From Dehalococcoidia bacterium (GTDB lineage Bacteria > Chloroflexota > Dehalococcoidia > Lucifugimonadales > UBA1123), in contig OY761144.1 of NCBI GenBank assembly GCA_963664365.1, positions 2,281,596 through 2,345,595 of the forward strand: 64,000 nucleotides of DNA, in the 5' to 3' direction. Position 1 is the first letter of the stretch, and each line of letters starts with the position of its first letter. Below are positions 43,695 through 52,598 of this stretch, in pieces. Both the position numbers and the translations under genes were made by a program. The notes below the pieces were generated by a model. That model was not told the DNA's origin. It did no database searches and saw only the letters and a program-made list of their open reading frames with translations.

Positions 43695-43957
43695 AGCCGA
43701 GCGACCTGTATGCCGAGGACGAGATGTGGTGGCTCAGTTTCGACCCCACCGACGACCCGCCCGACGAACACGCCCTCGGAGCGCTCGCCGCCATGACCCG
43801 CGCCGCCATCAAAGCGCGCAAGCGAGCCCTCGCCCGCGACGGATACGTTTGGATGGAGTGGAACGGCAAGTTCCAGCCCGTCTCAGACCCCGACATCATC
43901 TTCCCGAACGGCATGGACGAAGACGCGCTGCTCCCGCAAAAGACGCCAGAGCGATAA
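43691..43957 (+). CDS. Small acidic protein coupled to the zeta-like kinase (88 aa)
   Basis: ATG 43691 overlaps the kinase stop (ATGA). Translation begins MKPSDLYAEDEMWWLSFDPTDDPPDEH... No recognisable family. Confidence 0.45.
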   Translation: MKPSDLYAEDEMWWLSFDPTDDPPDEHALGALAAMTRAAIKARKRALARDGYVWMEWNGKFQPVSDPDIIFPNGMDEDALLPQKTPER

Positions 43958-44007
43958 TTCCCATTCAATCTCCCAAGACATCTCTGACACAACTAGGAAT
44001 AATTGAA

Positions 44008-44952
44008 ATGGCAACGCGCAATCCATTGAGACGCTTGACTCGAGCTATCAATAGACATGGTCTTTATTCGACAACGAAAATGTCCCTTCGTCTACTGCGT
44101 AACAACATAACCTCGATTAGACCTAATGCTAAAGTGATGTGGAAACGGCTGTCATCTGGAAATATTGTAGTTTGCCAAGTTCAGGGTAGTCACATGAGAT
44201 TAGATTTGTCTGATGTTGGCATCTCACGAGAGCTTTTCCTCACTGGCGTTCACGAAGTCAATAGTACGCGCCAATTCAAAGAGGAACTCAAGCCCGGGAT
44301 GGCCGTATTGGAAATTGGAGCGAATATCGGATACTATACTCTTATTGCTGCGCGACATACCATACCAGGTGGAACCATAGTGGCGTTGGAACCTTCACCG
44401 GTCAACCTGCGTTCGTTGGGACAGAACCTTAAGCTGAACGGAATCCAAGACAGAGTTAAGGTATACCCATTAGCCGCAGGGAGACTGGCTGGCAAATTAC
44501 CATTTTATTTGATGTCTAAAGGTAATCTCAGTAGTTTCGTCAAGAGGGACGATTACCAAGTTCAGATGATTTCCCAAATTGACGTGCCCGTACTGCCAGT
44601 CGACGATTTAGTAAAGAATGAAAATCTGAAGATAGATTACTTCCGTATGGACGTGGAAGGTTTTGAAGTTGAAGTAATTGAAGGTATGGTCTATACTCTG
44701 ACCGGAACGGAACCTCCGATTGGAGGCTTCATTGAAGTACATCCGCAACTGCTTAAAGAGAGAAAGTCATCGGCACATTCATTCGTAGAAAGGATGGCGG
44801 ATCTAGGTTACCGAGTCAAAACCGCTCGCTACCGAGGACGTGATGACATTGCGGTATTTTCCAATGAGGAACTTTACGCTCATTCGTTGCTTGAGGCAAA
44901 TGGATGTTGGGAGACATTCTTTGAAAGGATCGACAGAGAGCCGGTTCTATGA
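44008..44952 (+). CDS. FkbM family methyltransferase
   Basis: VLEIGANIGYYTL, IVALEPSPVN and DYFRMDVEGFEVEVIEGM. A+T-rich relative to flanks. Confidence 0.8.
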   Translation: MATRNPLRRLTRAINRHGLYSTTKMSLRLLRNNITSIRPNAKVMWKRLSSGNIVVCQVQGSHMRLDLSDVGISRELFLTGVHEVNSTRQFKEELKPGMAVLEIGANIGYYTLIAARHTIPGGTIVALEPSPVNLRSLGQNLKLNGIQDRVKVYPLAAGRLAGKLPFYLMSKGNLSSFVKRDDYQVQMISQIDVPVLPVDDLVKNENLKIDYFRMDVEGFEVEVIEGMVYTLTGTEPPIGGFIEVHPQLLKERKSSAHSFVERMADLGYRVKTARYRGRDDIAVFSNEELYAHSLLEANGCWETFFERIDREPVL

Positions 44953-45302
44953 ACATCGGACCGAAGGTACGACATCTCTTAGCTATGAGTGTAACTCCAT
45001 CTAAGGTCAAGATACACGCCGCTTGGAACGAACCCTCTTCCAACGCGATCATGGAAGCTATGGCCTGCGGCCTGCCCGTCACATACCGCGACTCCGGTGG
45101 CAACAGAGAGCTTGCAGGAGACTACGGCGTACCCTTGACGGATGACCCCGCGGATGTAGTGGACCACCTGAAAGAGCACTACGTCGAGCTTCGCAAGAGA
45201 ACTATTGAAGATGGGGACAAGTTCGCCATCAAACGAGCGGCGGATGAGTACCCGTCTCTGTTACGATACGCCATTGACACACTAGATGCGGGAATACGAT
45301 GA
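44949..45302 (+). pseudogene. C-terminal fragment of a GT4/GT1-fold glycosyltransferase
   Basis: Only 117 aa, containing NEPSSNAIMEAMACGLPVTYRDSGGNRELAG (EX7E region). The entire N-terminal Rossmann domain is absent. Confidence 0.6.
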
Positions 45303-46285
45303 AAAGAGCGCTCATCACAGGCATCACAGGACAAGACGGCTCATATCTGGCTGAGTCCCTACTTGCGAAGGGTTACGAAGTTCACGGAATCGTCAGACGA
45401 GTCGCGTCTGACAACTACACACAACGCCTATCGCGCATTGGGCATCTCTTGGACGATGTCCACATACACGGTGGCTCAATGGAAAGTTTTCCGAGCATCT
45501 ACCGTGTAGTCAGCGATGTAATGCCTGACGAATGTTATCATTTGGCCGCGCAAAGCTTCGTCTCCTATTCATTTGAAGACGAATTCTCCACTATGTTGAC
45601 AAACGTGAATGGGACACACTTTGTATTGGCGGCGTTGAAAGACTTGAAACCTGATTGCCGATTCTACTTTGCCGGCTCAAGCGAAATGTTTGGTTTGTCT
45701 GAGACGTATCCCCAGTCCGAGACCACATCGTTCCATCCTCGATCCACTTATGGCATTTCCAAAGTTACGGGCTATCACTTGACTCGGAACTACAGAGAGG
45801 CCTATAGGCTTCATGCCTCTAATGGTATTCTCTACAATCACGAATCTCCGCGTCGAGGTCAGGAATTCGTCACTCAGAAAATAGCTTCCCACGCCGCAAT
45901 GATTAAACTGGGTATGCGGTCAGAACTTAGATTGGGAAACCTAGATGCCAAACGCGATTGGGGTCATGCCAAGGAGTATGTCGAGGCAATGTGGATGATG
46001 CTTCAGCAAGAGCGTCCTGACGACTATGTCATAGCAACAGGTGAGAGTCATTCCGTTCGAGAGTTCGCTGAACTCGCATTTTCCGTACTTGACTTAGACT
46101 ACCGGCAATATGTGGTGATAGACCCACGATTCTACAGACCTGCCGAGGTGCATAATTTAGAGGGCGATACTTCCAAGGCCATGAGCATACTAGGATGGAA
46201 GCCAAGCATTAGATTTGACGAACTAGTCAGAGACATGACCTTTGCAAGCCTAGCAAAGCTGGAAACCGACTCGAGAACCATTTAG
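45299..46285 (+). CDS. gmd: GDP-mannose 4,6-dehydratase
   Basis: MKRALITGITGQDGSYLAESLLAKGYEVHGIVRR..., YGISKV, and LYNHESPRRG. Confidence 0.92.
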   Translation: MKRALITGITGQDGSYLAESLLAKGYEVHGIVRRVASDNYTQRLSRIGHLLDDVHIHGGSMESFPSIYRVVSDVMPDECYHLAAQSFVSYSFEDEFSTMLTNVNGTHFVLAALKDLKPDCRFYFAGSSEMFGLSETYPQSETTSFHPRSTYGISKVTGYHLTRNYREAYRLHASNGILYNHESPRRGQEFVTQKIASHAAMIKLGMRSELRLGNLDAKRDWGHAKEYVEAMWMMLQQERPDDYVIATGESHSVREFAELAFSVLDLDYRQYVVIDPRFYRPAEVHNLEGDTSKAMSILGWKPSIRFDELVRDMTFASLAKLETDSRTI

Positions 46286-46294
46286 CTAACTCTT

Positions 46295-47452
46295 ATGTTT
46301 TCTCTCGCCAACATATTGCATTCCCCTTCTAGGCACTTAGTCAAATCTACGGCTAAAGCAACAATCCCTTGGTATATAGGCAGATCCATGTTATCTGCAA
46401 GATATGGATGGCCCAAGCCTCTTATAACGTACATAGGCGATAGTAATTGGGTGCTTTCAATTATTGGAAACTACATTCGTGATCATTTGGAATCTTACTA
46501 TAGCTTTGGAATGCCATATTTTTGGCAGAGCGTCAGAGGTTCTATCATCCACTTTGGATCTCCACCAGCATACATGAATCAGCATTTGTACCGTCAAGTT
46601 CACCCATCCAACAAGCAAATCTTGACATGGACACATGGTCAACGGTCGAACCTTGACCCGCAGTTCACCGAGAGGCTGGACGCAATAGGCGAAGCCTCTC
46701 TTATTACGGACAAGATCATAGTTACTTCCAGAATTGCGGAAGACACCCTGATTACTGAGGGAGTTGATCGGTCTAAACTCACATATATACCCTTTGGTAT
46801 TGACACTCATCTATTTGCCCCACCCAGTACTGAACAGCGCTCTTATATAAGAAAGCAATTGGATATTCCCGACACTGCTTACTGCATTGGCTCTTTCCAG
46901 AAGGACGGAGACGGATGGGGCGAGGGCATGTCACCCAAGTGGGTCAAAGGCCCGGATGTATTCTTGAGCGTAATTCAACAGCTAAGCCACAGCTATGAGA
47001 TATGCGTACTCCTGACAGGCCCAGCCAGGGGTTACGTAAAATCAGGACTCGATGAAATGGGTGTCTCATATCGCCACGTCTGGCTTAAGGACTACACCGA
47101 CATAGCCAAACACTATTGGGCATTGGACTTGTACATCATAGCCTCCAGAGACGAAGGCGGTCCTATGGCCGTCCTAGAATCTATGGCTAGCGGTGTGCCG
47201 CTTGTATCAACAAGGGTCGGAATGGGTGTCGATCTTATTGATGACGGCGCTAACGGTTTTCTGAATCAAGTCGAAGATGTAGATGGTTTGGGGACAAGCG
47301 TATCTAGAATCCTAGATCAACCCAAGCTCAAACAGAGTTTGTCTGCCAATGCTGTAATGACCGCGCAAAACTACGATTGGAGAATCATATCCAAAAGATA
47401 TGATGACGAAGTTTATCGGCCGTTGCTGGTAAACTATGAGTTGATTAGATAG
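46295..47452 (+). CDS. Glycosyltransferase family 4
   Basis: SRDEGGPMAVLESMASGVPLVSTRVGMGVDLIDDGANGFL. Confidence 0.8.
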   Translation: MFSLANILHSPSRHLVKSTAKATIPWYIGRSMLSARYGWPKPLITYIGDSNWVLSIIGNYIRDHLESYYSFGMPYFWQSVRGSIIHFGSPPAYMNQHLYRQVHPSNKQILTWTHGQRSNLDPQFTERLDAIGEASLITDKIIVTSRIAEDTLITEGVDRSKLTYIPFGIDTHLFAPPSTEQRSYIRKQLDIPDTAYCIGSFQKDGDGWGEGMSPKWVKGPDVFLSVIQQLSHSYEICVLLTGPARGYVKSGLDEMGVSYRHVWLKDYTDIAKHYWALDLYIIASRDEGGPMAVLESMASGVPLVSTRVGMGVDLIDDGANGFLNQVEDVDGLGTSVSRILDQPKLKQSLSANAVMTAQNYDWRIISKRYDDEVYRPLLVNYELIR

Positions 47453-47539
47453 TAACGTGATGGACCATGTCTCGGCGAATTCAATGCGAACTTGCCTTAA
47501 TGGTTTCGTTTGCTTTAGGAAACTATAGGGGGAGATCTA

Positions 47540-49318
47540 ATGAAACCTGTTGCCTTCTCTCGCCTACACCGCGACCGTTTCACCCTGCTTCTGGCGGCGC
47601 TGGGTATTCTCGGTGCGATAATCATCCTTCTGCGTGTCCATCATGGCATAGGCGTTAGCGGCGACGCCAAGTATTACATCGAGCTCGCCAGGGCATTCGC
47701 GGAGGGTGGACGAGGGCTGGATTGGCTGTTGGGGCAAGCGCCGCATCTGGTATGGAACGACTATTCGCGCTGGGCAGGCCCATCATACCTTTCGCTGAAG
47801 CTATCCGCGATCTGGCCGCCGCTCTACCCCATGATGCTGGCCGCCAGCGGCGGTTTCGTATTTGATGCGCGAGACGTTGCCGGGCCGTTCAACGCAGTGG
47901 CGTTCGGGCTGACCGTGTTTGTCGCGGGTCAGTGGATGCGGCTTCACGTCAGTTCCAAGCCCCTCGTCGCGCTCGGATGCGCCGCAATCGTCTTTTCGGT
48001 TACGGTGTCCTACTGGGCGTCTTGGGCATTCAGTGAAACCGCCTTCATACTGCTTGCCACACTCGCACTCTACTTCATAGAAAGATTTTTCATCTCGGGA
48101 AATCGCTCGTTCCTGATCTGGGCAGCCATATTCACCGCTCTGGCCTGCATGACCCGCTATCCCGGAGTTGTTCTGGTTCTCATCATAGTTCCGCTAATAT
48201 ACCTGCGGAGCGAGGCAGACTTGACCGAACGGTTGAAGCGCATTGGATTGTACGTCGCGATCGGCGTTACGCCTCTCGCCTTGTATCTTCTGCGAAACTA
48301 CCTCGTCTTGGGAGCGCTTACCAGCCATTCAGAGAACCTCAAGTATGGAGGCCCTGTGAAACAGTTCGGGCGCGGACTGAGTTCCATCGAGGCGTGGAAC
48401 CCTCTAATAGTCGATATACGCGCTATCCTGCTGCCTGTGGACTTTTACACTGGACGGATCATCGGCGCCGGGTTTGCTGGTGTCGTTCTGATTGCGTTCG
48501 CCACGATCACCCTATGGGGACTTGTGAGGTGGATAAATGAAGGCGTACCGGATACGAAATCGAAACTCTCCTGCTTGACCGTAGCGGGATCATTCGCCTT
48601 TGGCCATCTTGCCTTCATGATTGCGATCTTCTTGCTATCGACTTATTTCCATATAGACTCCCGCCAGATCATCCCCGCATACGTTCCGCTGGTTGTGGCA
48701 ATCACCATCGCCGTTGACACGATCTGGAACAATCGCGGTAAGCCGTTCGTTCTTGGGCCGTTGACCAATCTCCCTGTGGTTCGGTCGTTGAATCCAGCGC
48801 GTACCCTGCCCGCAGCGGTAGTTGTCGCATTCGCTCTCTGCGTGATCTATGCCGGGTTCGTCAGCATCCGAGATACTCACAAGGCTGTCTTCGAACCTGA
48901 AGTCGGTTGGAACGCCTACGTGTACAACGGCGACCGCATAGACATTCAGACAACCTCCCTGACTGAGTATCTTAAGAGCTTGGTCGGCGACGCCCAGCCC
49001 GTCGTCCGCGACCACTTCGACCTCTACTTAGCCGACGGCTCTCTCATCTACTTCAAAGACGGTTGCGACGAGGAGGACATGGAGGAAGGAGTCCGGCTCC
49101 GCGTAGAACCGGCCAGCAAGCTGGTCCTAAGCGGCATCCGCAAGAACTTCGGAATCGACATACTCGACTTCTACCCCGTGAGGCAGGGCGCAATTCTGGA
49201 CGGCAAGTGTTTGATGCTGGCTCCCTTGCCCAAGTATCGCATCGCGAATATAAGCACCGGACAGTATCACAACGACGCCGTTGAACTATGGGCAGCTAGC
49301 TTCGTTATAAACCCCTAA
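47540..49318 (+). CDS. GT-C fold membrane glycosyltransferase (ArnT/PMT-like) with C-terminal soluble domain
   Basis: 592 aa, many TM helices, first-loop motif GVSGDAKYYIELARAFAEG. Confidence 0.6.
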   Translation: MKPVAFSRLHRDRFTLLLAALGILGAIIILLRVHHGIGVSGDAKYYIELARAFAEGGRGLDWLLGQAPHLVWNDYSRWAGPSYLSLKLSAIWPPLYPMMLAASGGFVFDARDVAGPFNAVAFGLTVFVAGQWMRLHVSSKPLVALGCAAIVFSVTVSYWASWAFSETAFILLATLALYFIERFFISGNRSFLIWAAIFTALACMTRYPGVVLVLIIVPLIYLRSEADLTERLKRIGLYVAIGVTPLALYLLRNYLVLGALTSHSENLKYGGPVKQFGRGLSSIEAWNPLIVDIRAILLPVDFYTGRIIGAGFAGVVLIAFATITLWGLVRWINEGVPDTKSKLSCLTVAGSFAFGHLAFMIAIFLLSTYFHIDSRQIIPAYVPLVVAITIAVDTIWNNRGKPFVLGPLTNLPVVRSLNPARTLPAAVVVAFALCVIYAGFVSIRDTHKAVFEPEVGWNAYVYNGDRIDIQTTSLTEYLKSLVGDAQPVVRDHFDLYLADGSLIYFKDGCDEEDMEEGVRLRVEPASKLVLSGIRKNFGIDILDFYPVRQGAILDGKCLMLAPLPKYRIANISTGQYHNDAVELWAASFVINP

Positions 49319-49333
49319 AGCAAACGGAACACA

Positions 49334-49912
49334 ATGCTCTATTGGAGCTTTCGGAATAGCGATGGGAACACAATGATCAGAAAAATACCCGCTCCCGTTA
49401 AGGACAAGCTCAAAACGCTCGCCAGAACCTCCCTGGGGTTGGACATCCGGTTTGCGCCCAGTCGAAAGTTCGACATCCAGCTATACGAAGGAAATACCAA
49501 GTACACCCGGCGGCTGTTCCACTTTGAGTGCCTGCTCCAACAGGTGGAGCATGTCGAAGGTCGGATCGTAGAGTGCGGCGTAGGCCCCGGCCGCTCCATC
49601 TTCGCCTTCTCCGTCATATCCCAACACGTCACCCGCCCGCGCCAGATTTGGGGCTTCGACACCTTCGAGGGGATGCCTCCGCCGACCGAGGAAGACGGCA
49701 AGGAGAACCGGCGCAAGGCCGGAATCTGGAACTATCCTCGCCAGCATGTCGCCCCCGGAGGCATAGTCGCATTCGACGAATACAACAGCCCCGCGTGGCC
49801 CGGCGCGACCCAAGCGATTGACGAGTTCTTTGCCGACCGCCCGGAGCAAATCGTCAAGTCCTCAGTCGTCGACCTCTACTACGTCGTCAAACAACCCAAT
49901 CCCGACCAATGA
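49334..49912 (+). CDS. TylF/MycF-like methyltransferase, apparently internally shortened
   Basis: IVECGVGPGRS, FDTFEGMPPP and GGIVAFDEY...WPGATQAIDEFF. Only about 25 residues separate FEGMP from GGIVAFDEY, where family members carry a much longer segment. Confidence 0.55.
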   Translation: MLYWSFRNSDGNTMIRKIPAPVKDKLKTLARTSLGLDIRFAPSRKFDIQLYEGNTKYTRRLFHFECLLQQVEHVEGRIVECGVGPGRSIFAFSVISQHVTRPRQIWGFDTFEGMPPPTEEDGKENRRKAGIWNYPRQHVAPGGIVAFDEYNSPAWPGATQAIDEFFADRPEQIVKSSVVDLYYVVKQPNPDQ

Positions 49913-50853
49913 CCGCCACCACCCCGCACAACGCCAGAGTAACCCCGCTCGAATACAAGCTGTCTGACCTGGACGCCCCCGCCCCGCCCTCCGGCTGGTA
50001 CGACCGAGCCGCTTGGGTCCTGCGCGGCGGCGACGGCGGCGAACACGGCATACTCCTATACAAGCTCGTCCGCCGTCTCAGCCCCGACCGCTCACACGCA
50101 CTGCTCGACGTTGGAACCGCCAGAGGCTTCTCCGCAATAGCCATGTCCCGCGCGCTGCTGGACGCCAACCTGACCGGCAGCGTCCACACCATAGACATCA
50201 TAGACCACTCCCAACCCGTCAACTGGCATTCCGACACAGAGGGCAAACAGCATCCCGACGAACCGCTCGCCAACGAAATCATCAGCCGCTCCGAAATCTG
50301 GAGCCGATGGTTCCCCGACGAAGCCGAACCGGTCTCCCCCATAACCGCCACTTCCCACCAGGTCCTCCGAGACTGGAACGACGGCCCCATCTCCCTTGCC
50401 TTCCTGGATGGCAGCCACACCTACGAAGCGGTCATCGAAGAACTCCGCCTGCTCGATCCGCTTCTCTCCGAAGACGGGCTGATCGTCCTCGACGACTACC
50501 ACACCGGCGAAAGCGCGGCGCGAATCAACTCGCGCGCGGTCAATCTCGCCGGGTGGATGACCGGACGCGCCCTCGGCAAAATCTGGCCCGCCGCCAATCT
50601 GCTCGCCCCCAGGCTCGGCGCCCAGAACGAATACATAATCGTCAAGCGCAGATACTCCGGCATCGCAAGAGCCGTAGCCGACTTCCTCCAAGAACGACAA
50701 CCGAGCTGGAACCTCGAAATCGTCCCAATGCCCTCACGCGGAGAGTACCAAGGCAACGACTACTCCCTAGCCATCCTAACAAGAGTCTCGTCACAACCCA
50801 ATCTCCAGTATGATAAACTCTACCTTCGGATTGCTAACACCTTGGAGGGATAG
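49909..50853 (+). CDS. Class I SAM-dependent methyltransferase (Methyltransf_24-like)
   Basis: LLDVGTARGFSAIAMS and FLDGSHTYEAVIEELRLLDPLLSEDGLIVLDDY. Confidence 0.7.
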   Translation: MTATTPHNARVTPLEYKLSDLDAPAPPSGWYDRAAWVLRGGDGGEHGILLYKLVRRLSPDRSHALLDVGTARGFSAIAMSRALLDANLTGSVHTIDIIDHSQPVNWHSDTEGKQHPDEPLANEIISRSEIWSRWFPDEAEPVSPITATSHQVLRDWNDGPISLAFLDGSHTYEAVIEELRLLDPLLSEDGLIVLDDYHTGESAARINSRAVNLAGWMTGRALGKIWPAANLLAPRLGAQNEYIIVKRRYSGIARAVADFLQERQPSWNLEIVPMPSRGEYQGNDYSLAILTRVSSQPNLQYDKLYLRIANTLEG

Positions 50854-50859
50854 GTCGGC

Positions 50860-51090
50860 ATGCAGAAGAAGCTCACCATATCAATTGACGAGGATGTGTA
50901 CCTCGGCCTCTGCAGAGTTGCGGGCAGACGCAAGATCACCGAATTCGTGGAGTCCCTGATCCGTCCATACGCAATACGTGACGACATTGCCGAGGGCTAT
51001 CGGCAGATGGCGGCAGACACCGAACGGGAATCAGAGGCGATGGAATGGATAGAGGGGACTTCCACGGACTTTAGCGATGAAGCGCGGTGA
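50860..51090 (+). CDS. Type II antitoxin (RHH/MazE-like)
   Basis: 76 aa, MQKKLTISIDEDVYLGLCRVAGRRKITEFVESLIRPY. 14-nt overlap with mazF. Confidence 0.7.
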   Translation: MQKKLTISIDEDVYLGLCRVAGRRKITEFVESLIRPYAIRDDIAEGYRQMAADTERESEAMEWIEGTSTDFSDEAR

Positions 51091-51400
51091 AGTCTGGTGG
51101 GTTTCATTCGGTCGATCCGTTGGCGGCGAAATCCGCAAAAGTAGGCCCGCTGTGGTCCTTACCAACGACATTGCCATAGTTCACCTAAATAGAGTTCAGG
51201 TGGCGCCGCTTACTACCAATGTCAACAGGGTGTATCCCGGCGAAACCATCGTTGAGATAGATGGCCGACCCCACAAGGCTATGGCGGATCAACTGACCAC
51301 CGTGAGCAAGGCACGGATCTCTAATATCTTTGGGGAGTTGTCTGCCGACGACATTGAAAAGGTTGAGGAGGCCGTCAGGCTTCAGTTGGGCCTGCGCTAG
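51077..51400 (+). CDS. mazF: MazF/PemK family endoribonuclease toxin
   Basis: MKRGEVWWVSFGRSVGGEIRKSRPAVVLTND...VAPLTT... Confidence 0.88.
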   Translation: MKRGEVWWVSFGRSVGGEIRKSRPAVVLTNDIAIVHLNRVQVAPLTTNVNRVYPGETIVEIDGRPHKAMADQLTTVSKARISNIFGELSADDIEKVEEAVRLQLGLR

Positions 51401-51421
51401 AAGGCCGGAAGGATTGAGCAC

Positions 51422-51520
51422 ATGGGAGCATTCACCGTCACCGTCGGAATAGGCAACCCCGGCGGCGGAGACCTCGTCCCCGTGGAGGCAATGGTGGACA
51501 CCGGCGCCGCCCACTCTTGA
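51422..51520 (+). pseudogene. N-terminal 32-codon fragment of a retropepsin-like aspartic protease
   Basis: MGAFTVTVGIGNPGGGDLVPVEAMVDTGAAHS*, truncated exactly where the next GT gene starts. Confidence 0.5.
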
Positions 51521-52587
51521 TGCACTTCCTCTTCACCGCCCCCAGATTCCACACCAACCAGCGCTTCGCCGTAAAAGCCCTGCTGGACGCCGGACACCGC
51601 GTTTCATTCCTAGCGCTCAGAAGACAGCACAGCGAGACCTACGACGCCCTCGACCCCATCGTTCTCGGACTTCGCGGCGGCAGATGGGATTTGCCCCCCC
51701 TGACCGACTTCCGGAAGCGGATGCGAAGTCTCAAGCCCGACGCCGTAATCGTCCGAGACCCCACAACAGCCTACGGCCTGCTCTCCACAGTCGCCGGCAA
51801 GATGGTCGGCGCCAACGTCATCTTCTACAACCAATCTCCCATGCACCGCAGGCTCAGCCGCTGGAAGAAACTCGCCAACGCGCTCGCCGTCCGAGCCGCC
51901 AGCGCCAAGTGGATAACCCCAGTCCTCGGCTCCCCCGACCTCCATCCCCCCGCCTCCTCCGCCCTCAGCTACGTCCCATTCGTCATGGAGCCTCAGACCT
52001 CCCCCGACCAAAAGTGGTGGTTCAGCGACGGCGCGGTCAACATACTCGCCATCGGCAAGTTCTACCCACGCAAGAACCACCCGATGTTCCTCCGGGCCAT
52101 AGCCAACCTCTCCAAACGCTATCCCATCCGAGCAACCATAATCGGCGAGTGTACCAACGATGACAACCGCCGCGAATTCGCCCGCGCCGAAGAACTTCAC
52201 GCATCGCTTGGACTTCAAGACATCGTTCACATCAAGACCAACATCCCATACTCCGAAGTCCAACGCGAATACGACGCGCACGACCTCTTCGTCCTGCCCA
52301 GCCGAGACGAGCCCGCCGCCGTCTCCCACCTCGAAGCCATGGCCCACTCCCTACCCGTGATATGCAGCGACTCCAACGGCACGCAATGCTACGTCAGACA
52401 GGGAGAAAACGGCCACGTCTTCAAAACCGACGACATTGACGACCTGATAGATTGCATAGAGCGCATCATCAGCGACCGGAGCAAGATGGCGGATATGGGA
52501 GCGAGAAGCTACGATCTGGTAGTCTCTGAGCACTCCCCCGCAAGATACGTCGAAACGCTCCTTGCCATCGCCGAACGACGGGTGTAG
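51517..52587 (+). CDS. Glycosyltransferase family 4
   Basis: LFVLPSRDEPAAVSHLEAMAHSLPVICSDSNGTQCYVRQGENGHVF. Confidence 0.8.
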   Translation: MMHFLFTAPRFHTNQRFAVKALLDAGHRVSFLALRRQHSETYDALDPIVLGLRGGRWDLPPLTDFRKRMRSLKPDAVIVRDPTTAYGLLSTVAGKMVGANVIFYNQSPMHRRLSRWKKLANALAVRAASAKWITPVLGSPDLHPPASSALSYVPFVMEPQTSPDQKWWFSDGAVNILAIGKFYPRKNHPMFLRAIANLSKRYPIRATIIGECTNDDNRREFARAEELHASLGLQDIVHIKTNIPYSEVQREYDAHDLFVLPSRDEPAAVSHLEAMAHSLPVICSDSNGTQCYVRQGENGHVFKTDDIDDLIDCIERIISDRSKMADMGARSYDLVVSEHSPARYVETLLAIAERRV

Positions 52588-52598
52588 TGTGAAAACCC

